Source: Syntrophorhabdaceae bacterium
GTDB taxonomy: Bacteria > Desulfobacterota > Syntrophorhabdia > Syntrophorhabdales > Syntrophorhabdaceae
DNA length: 64,000 nt
Direction of reading: 5' to 3'
Assembly (NCBI GenBank): GCA_963666485.2
Contig: CAXXUO010000009.1
Coordinates: forward strand, 32,001 to 96,000
The notes under the pieces are model-generated. The model did no database searches and was not told where the DNA came from. It was given only the letters and a program-made list of their open reading frames with translations. Below, one piece after another: positions 60,066-64,000 of the stretch; the first letter of the stretch is position 1; each line of letters begins with the position of its first letter. A program made the translations under genes and the position numbers.

Positions 60066-60647
60066 TTATTTCCCGTTATTAGCTCTCTTTTCTTCTTTGC
60101 CAGGGGAACTGGGAGGTGGTGCCACCCAAGCCATGATAGGGAAAAAGGCTTCGTTTTTAAAAATCTTGGCAAATCCCTGCCTAATAATCATCTGTTCGGA
60201 TTCAATGTCTCCATAGCCTTTTGGGTAATAATGTCCTCTTTTAATGTCAACTTTATTGAAATTAAATCCCATGCGAATGGACATTTTATGTAATAGCTCT
60301 GCTAAAAAATTTTCTCGCGTCTCTGCCCAATTCTTCCATCCCACTTCATCTTCTGTTTCTATATTAGCCGCTACATTGAAATGATCTCTCAATTCTTTCC
60401 AAGCATCATAAACAGCTTTTGTCTTTTCATCCTTTTCCGAAAACTCAATATCTATTCCGTTTAATGCTTGAACGTGAGTTGGAGACAATCCAGTTGCTCT
60501 TGTTACCATCAGTTTTCTGAAAATGTCCATTTTACGATTTTCAGCCTCTTGCTTTCTGCTGAGCCACTGACTAACTTGAATAGCGATTATAGGAGCCAAT
60601 ATGATGGCGCATACGTTGATGATGATTAGAATTGGATTAATGTTCAT
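60066..60647 (-). CDS. DUF6680-like protein with N-terminal TM helix
   Basis: APIIAIQV, IFRKLM.TR, HVQALN.IDIEF, YYP.G; AAGGAG RBS. Confidence 0.7.
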   Translation of the reverse strand: MNINPILIIINVCAIILAPIIAIQVSQWLSRKQEAENRKMDIFRKLMVTRATGLSPTHVQALNGIDIEFSEKDEKTKAVYDAWKELRDHFNVAANIETEDEVGWKNWAETRENFLAELLHKMSIRMGFNFNKVDIKRGHYYPKGYGDIESEQMIIRQGFAKIFKNEAFFPIMAWVAPPPSSPGKEEKRANNGK

Positions 60648-61097
60648 CCGGGCTCCTTCAGGAGGTTATTTTGCATTACTTTTGTATTTAATGTTTCAAT
60701 TTTATAATTGAATTAATTTACTCGTTTCAGAGGCGATCCTCATTGGATTCCCGCGGGAATCTTAATACACTTTGAACCATGTCCTTCATTTTCCAACAGA
60801 AGGGGCACAATCCATTCAAATTAAATAATCAAGACCAAGTGTCACATACCCAAAAGACATCCGAATTCCATAGCTCAATGGTTTGCTAGTGTAATATAAT
60901 AGAAGATTTATTCTTTCTCATCCAATTGACTTCTTTTTTAAGAATTATAAACTTTGAGTCTCAATCTCTTGCAAAATAGTAAAATATATTATGTAATTTA
61001 ATCATATTCACATGGATTCGTGACATAAAAAAATACAAAAACATATTCTAGTATCTCGATCGATTGATATTATGGTCCCGTCTAGGAGAGTAAATTT

Positions 61098-63377
61098 ATG
61101 AGTGAATTCTTAATTAATCTCGTTAAAGACCCTGATGCAATTAAGACAATCTATAGAGAACGTTCCAAATCATACGTGGAAAAAACTGTCTCCGGTAAAA
61201 ACATAGAGATAGCGCAAAAAAAGGCAGAAATTGAAGTTGGTGAGGGCTGGGAGATTCTGCCCAGAAAATTTAAGAAATCAGTAAAACTCAGAAAACAAAA
61301 GACAACTGATGTTAAATTAGAAGATGATATTTGGTCATTATTAGTACGAATGGGGTTTGATGAGTTTAGCAAGGATCGTAATTTTAAAATAGTTGTAAAT
61401 CCTAAAACTAACCCCAGACAAATAGACGTTTTTGCAAAGGATGATCAGACCATTTTATTGATCGAATGTACATGTTGCGAAGAAAGGAAGGAGAAAGATT
61501 TAAATAAGCTTTTAGAGAAAATCCTAAGCATTAGAACCGATGTCTTTAAATCCATAAGCCTACATTATGGTCCTGAAATAAAACTAAAGATGCGTTGGAT
61601 TATTGCTACAAGAAATATTGACTGGCGTCCGGTGGATCTCGAGAAAGCTGAAGCCAACAACATTGTGGTTCTAAGAGATGAGGAAATAGAATACTATCAC
61701 AAACTAACGACTTTATTAAAAAAAGCTGCGAAGTATCAATTATTAGCCCATATATTCGCTCAAGAGAAAATTCATGAAATGGAAATGAAAGTTCCAGCTA
61801 CAAGGGGTAGAATGGGTGGGCGGATATTCTATAACTTCCTCATTCGTCCAATTGATTTGCTTAAAATGGCTTATATAAGCCACAGACAAAGCCGTGATTT
61901 AGAAGACTACGAGACGTATCAGAGAATGCTGAAACCGATTCGATTAGTTTCTATAGCCAAGTATATCGATAATGGTGGTCAGTTCCCGACAAATATAGTG
62001 ATTAATATTAAGGCTAAGACAGGTTTACGATTTGATAAAAAAGAACAAATAGGTGAATCATCATTTGGCACTTTATATTTGCCAAATCATTATGCATCGG
62101 CTTGGGTCATAGATGGTCAACATAGATTGTATGGTTTCGCGTATTCTAAACGAATGGACGAACTGCAAGACAAGACAACTTTTCCCGTTTTGGCATATGA
62201 CAATTTACCGCCCTTGGAAGAAGCAAACCTTTTTGTTGATGTGAACTCCAAACAGGAACCTGTAAAACAGAATTTGATAAAAGAAATTTATGCCAATCTG
62301 AAATGGGTTTCCGAAGATGAAAAAGAAAGACTGGATGCTATGCGTTCGCGAACAGTTTTAAGGTTGAACGCAATGGCTAGATCGCCTTTTTTCGAACGAT
62401 TAGCTTTATCTAATATTACTAAGACTCATGAGAAATGCCTAACCTTGACGTCATTCGTAGACGGATTGAAAGAAAACAGATTATTTGGTGAATATACTCC
62501 GATTTTTAAACCAGGACCACTTTTTGCAACAAAAGAAAAAAAACCCGAGTCAACCCTAGAGAAAGCCTGTGACATATTAATTTATTATTTTGATTTATTC
62601 AAAAATGGTTTATCGCAACAGTGGTTATTAGGGGATGACAAGGGTGGTTTTTTCTTCACAAATAATGGAGTCAGGTGTCTGTTGGTGATCTTGAAAGAAA
62701 TATTGATCGATATTGAATACAAACTGGACGAAGACTTGGATGAATTACCGGCAGAAGCTTTCATTTCTTGTTTTGATGAGTATATAGACCCTCTTGTACA
62801 ACATTTTAAAGACAGTTCTCCAGAATTCATTGAAAAATTTAGAAAAAGACAAGCCCTATCTGGGGTAAACCAAAATGCCACCGAGATGATGTCATTCATT
62901 CATAGTAAGATGAAAGATTTTTGTCCTGATAGAGTCGCAAAGTATCTGGAAACTATTGACGAAATTGGAACCAGCGAAGCTCGGACTCTGATTGATGAAA
63001 TTCAAATGAAAATGTTTGATTTCGTCATAAAAAAACTAAAGGAGAAGCATGGGGAAAAATGGTGGTATGATGGTATTCCTGGTACGATTCGTGACGGTTG
63101 CGCTCGCAAACAGGAAGCAGAAAAGGGAATTAAGGATAAGGAGCAATATCTGGTTTTAATTGATTATAAGGATATTGCAGAACACAATTGGCCTGATCCA
63201 TTCGAAAAATATCTTTCAATCACAATGGATGGCGGCAAAAAAAAGAAACTCAGTTGGATACAAGAACTCAATACAATAAGAAATATTACGCACCATGTAG
63301 AAAAATGGCCCGCTACCAAAGATCAGGTCAGTTTTGTAAAAGAAGTTCATAATTTTATAAGTAATAATTTAATATAG
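61098..63377 (+). CDS. DGQHR-domain (DndB/ParB-like) protein with N-terminal PD-(D/E)xK-like and C-terminal Swt1/HEPN-like domains
   Basis: AGGAG RBS; QIDVFAKD...LIECT; YQRML, FPTNIV, VIDGQHRLYG, F.DVN.KQ; WW..GIP...LNTIRNITHH. Confidence 0.88.
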   Translation: MSEFLINLVKDPDAIKTIYRERSKSYVEKTVSGKNIEIAQKKAEIEVGEGWEILPRKFKKSVKLRKQKTTDVKLEDDIWSLLVRMGFDEFSKDRNFKIVVNPKTNPRQIDVFAKDDQTILLIECTCCEERKEKDLNKLLEKILSIRTDVFKSISLHYGPEIKLKMRWIIATRNIDWRPVDLEKAEANNIVVLRDEEIEYYHKLTTLLKKAAKYQLLAHIFAQEKIHEMEMKVPATRGRMGGRIFYNFLIRPIDLLKMAYISHRQSRDLEDYETYQRMLKPIRLVSIAKYIDNGGQFPTNIVINIKAKTGLRFDKKEQIGESSFGTLYLPNHYASAWVIDGQHRLYGFAYSKRMDELQDKTTFPVLAYDNLPPLEEANLFVDVNSKQEPVKQNLIKEIYANLKWVSEDEKERLDAMRSRTVLRLNAMARSPFFERLALSNITKTHEKCLTLTSFVDGLKENRLFGEYTPIFKPGPLFATKEKKPESTLEKACDILIYYFDLFKNGLSQQWLLGDDKGGFFFTNNGVRCLLVILKEILIDIEYKLDEDLDELPAEAFISCFDEYIDPLVQHFKDSSPEFIEKFRKRQALSGVNQNATEMMSFIHSKMKDFCPDRVAKYLETIDEIGTSEARTLIDEIQMKMFDFVIKKLKEKHGEKWWYDGIPGTIRDGCARKQEAEKGIKDKEQYLVLIDYKDIAEHNWPDPFEKYLSITMDGGKKKKLSWIQELNTIRNITHHVEKWPATKDQVSFVKEVHNFISNNLI

Positions 63378-63440
63378 TATTTTTTGTTTTAAATCTTATG
63401 AATCAAAATACATGGTGCAACCACTAATTACCTGTTCTAT

Positions 63441-64000
63441 TTATGAGACCGTCCTCAGACTTTCTATTAAAACTCTTATGTTCTCGTAGTTTGGGCAGCC
63501 ACCGCATTTACTAAAATCGTCGTTTCTAGAAATAGCTGGCTGGTCTAAGGAATTATCAGACGATGGTAATATTTTAACATCCCCTTCATGTCCGATATTA
63601 TTAAGTTTATCACGGGATCTACGCCGAATTTCCTTTGAAAGTGGTAATCCTACTTGACGTTCAATTGAATTGAAAAACATGGCTTTTGTTTCGTTATCGA
63701 CAAAATCATCTCTCCGTCCGTTGGGAATAAGACGTTCCGATATCACGTGAATTTCTCCGGTGAGATAGCCATTAAATCTGGGTTCTTTAAAGCATTGGTC
63801 TAACAGGTGACCATCGCCCAATTGTATATTACCAACCCGAACTCTTATTCCTCCCACTCCGCTTTCTCGGTGAATTGCGCCTAAAAGATGATCTCGAACG
63901 CCATACCAGCCGCATGCTAAGGGTGTCTGCGAGTCGTCGGGCAAAAATAGTCTTTCGAAATCTAGAATTGAGTCATGTCCTCCCTTGGTCAAAGAAACGT
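63441..64000 (-). CDS. C-terminal part of a probable GHKL (HSP90/MORC-like) ATPase; runs off right edge
   Basis: Frame open to the window edge; GIRVRVGNIQLG...RFN.Y..GEIHV...LIPNGRRDDF resembles the S5-like domain that follows HATPase_c domains. Confidence 0.65.
   Translation of the reverse strand, partial: VSLTKGGHDSILDFERLFLPDDSQTPLACGWYGVRDHLLGAIHRESGVGGIRVRVGNIQLGDGHLLDQCFKEPRFNGYLTGEIHVISERLIPNGRRDDFVDNETKAMFFNSIERQVGLPLSKEIRRRSRDKLNNIGHEGDVKILPSSDNSLDQPAISRNDDFSKCGGCPNYENIRVLIESLRTVS

Larger units (their letters stand above)
57027..64000. mobile_element. Second tRNA-Arg-integrated island (left part), defence-like cargo
   Basis: Begins at an att repeat and is strongly AT-rich; the far boundary and any integrase are outside the window. 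Confidence 0.7.

Noticed and set aside
59063..61033. Shared TGACATAAAAAAA upstream of the TPR gene (59063) and the DGQHR gene (61021)
   Set aside because: Mostly poly-A in AT-rich DNA and at different distances from the starts; likely chance.
61098..63377. Naming the gene dndB or dpdB
   Set aside because: It has extra domains, and no dnd/dpd partner genes are visible in the window.

Overview
Bacterial chromosomal DNA from a probable anaerobe; the gene content suggests a Deltaproteobacteria-type syntroph, which is an inference only. Bases 1 to ~52,300 are GC-rich. They hold a partial FAD oxidoreductase, a sigma-54-preceded nitrogen operon (type III glnA-purF-amtB-glnK-amtB), a TAXI binding protein, a NUDIX hydrolase, an 18x heptamer repeat and a shortened Pat-type acetyltransferase. 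They also hold two HD-GYP proteins, Rrf2-reverse rubrerythrin, a class D beta-lactamase-like gene, several large Cys-rich secreted proteins (one with a Zn-phospholipase C-like domain, PASTA and Cys repeats), a CoA-transferase, a liv-type ABC transporter and a kexin-like S8 autotransporter. From ~52,300 the DNA is visibly AT-rich. Two identical 43-bp copies of the 3' half of tRNA-Arg(TCT), at 52440-52482 and 57027-57069, mark two tandem integrated islands. The first is a ~4.6-kb island without an integrase that encodes three lipoproteins, including a TPR-CHAT protease. The second runs off the window and carries a degenerate DUF262-like gene, a pseudogene, a TPR protein, a nuclease-like/DGQHR/HEPN fusion and the 3' end of a probable GHKL ATPase. 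This second island is the best candidate for an uncharacterised defence system. No CRISPR array, rRNA, intact tRNA or integrase was seen. All domain calls come from reading motifs by eye, not from database searches.
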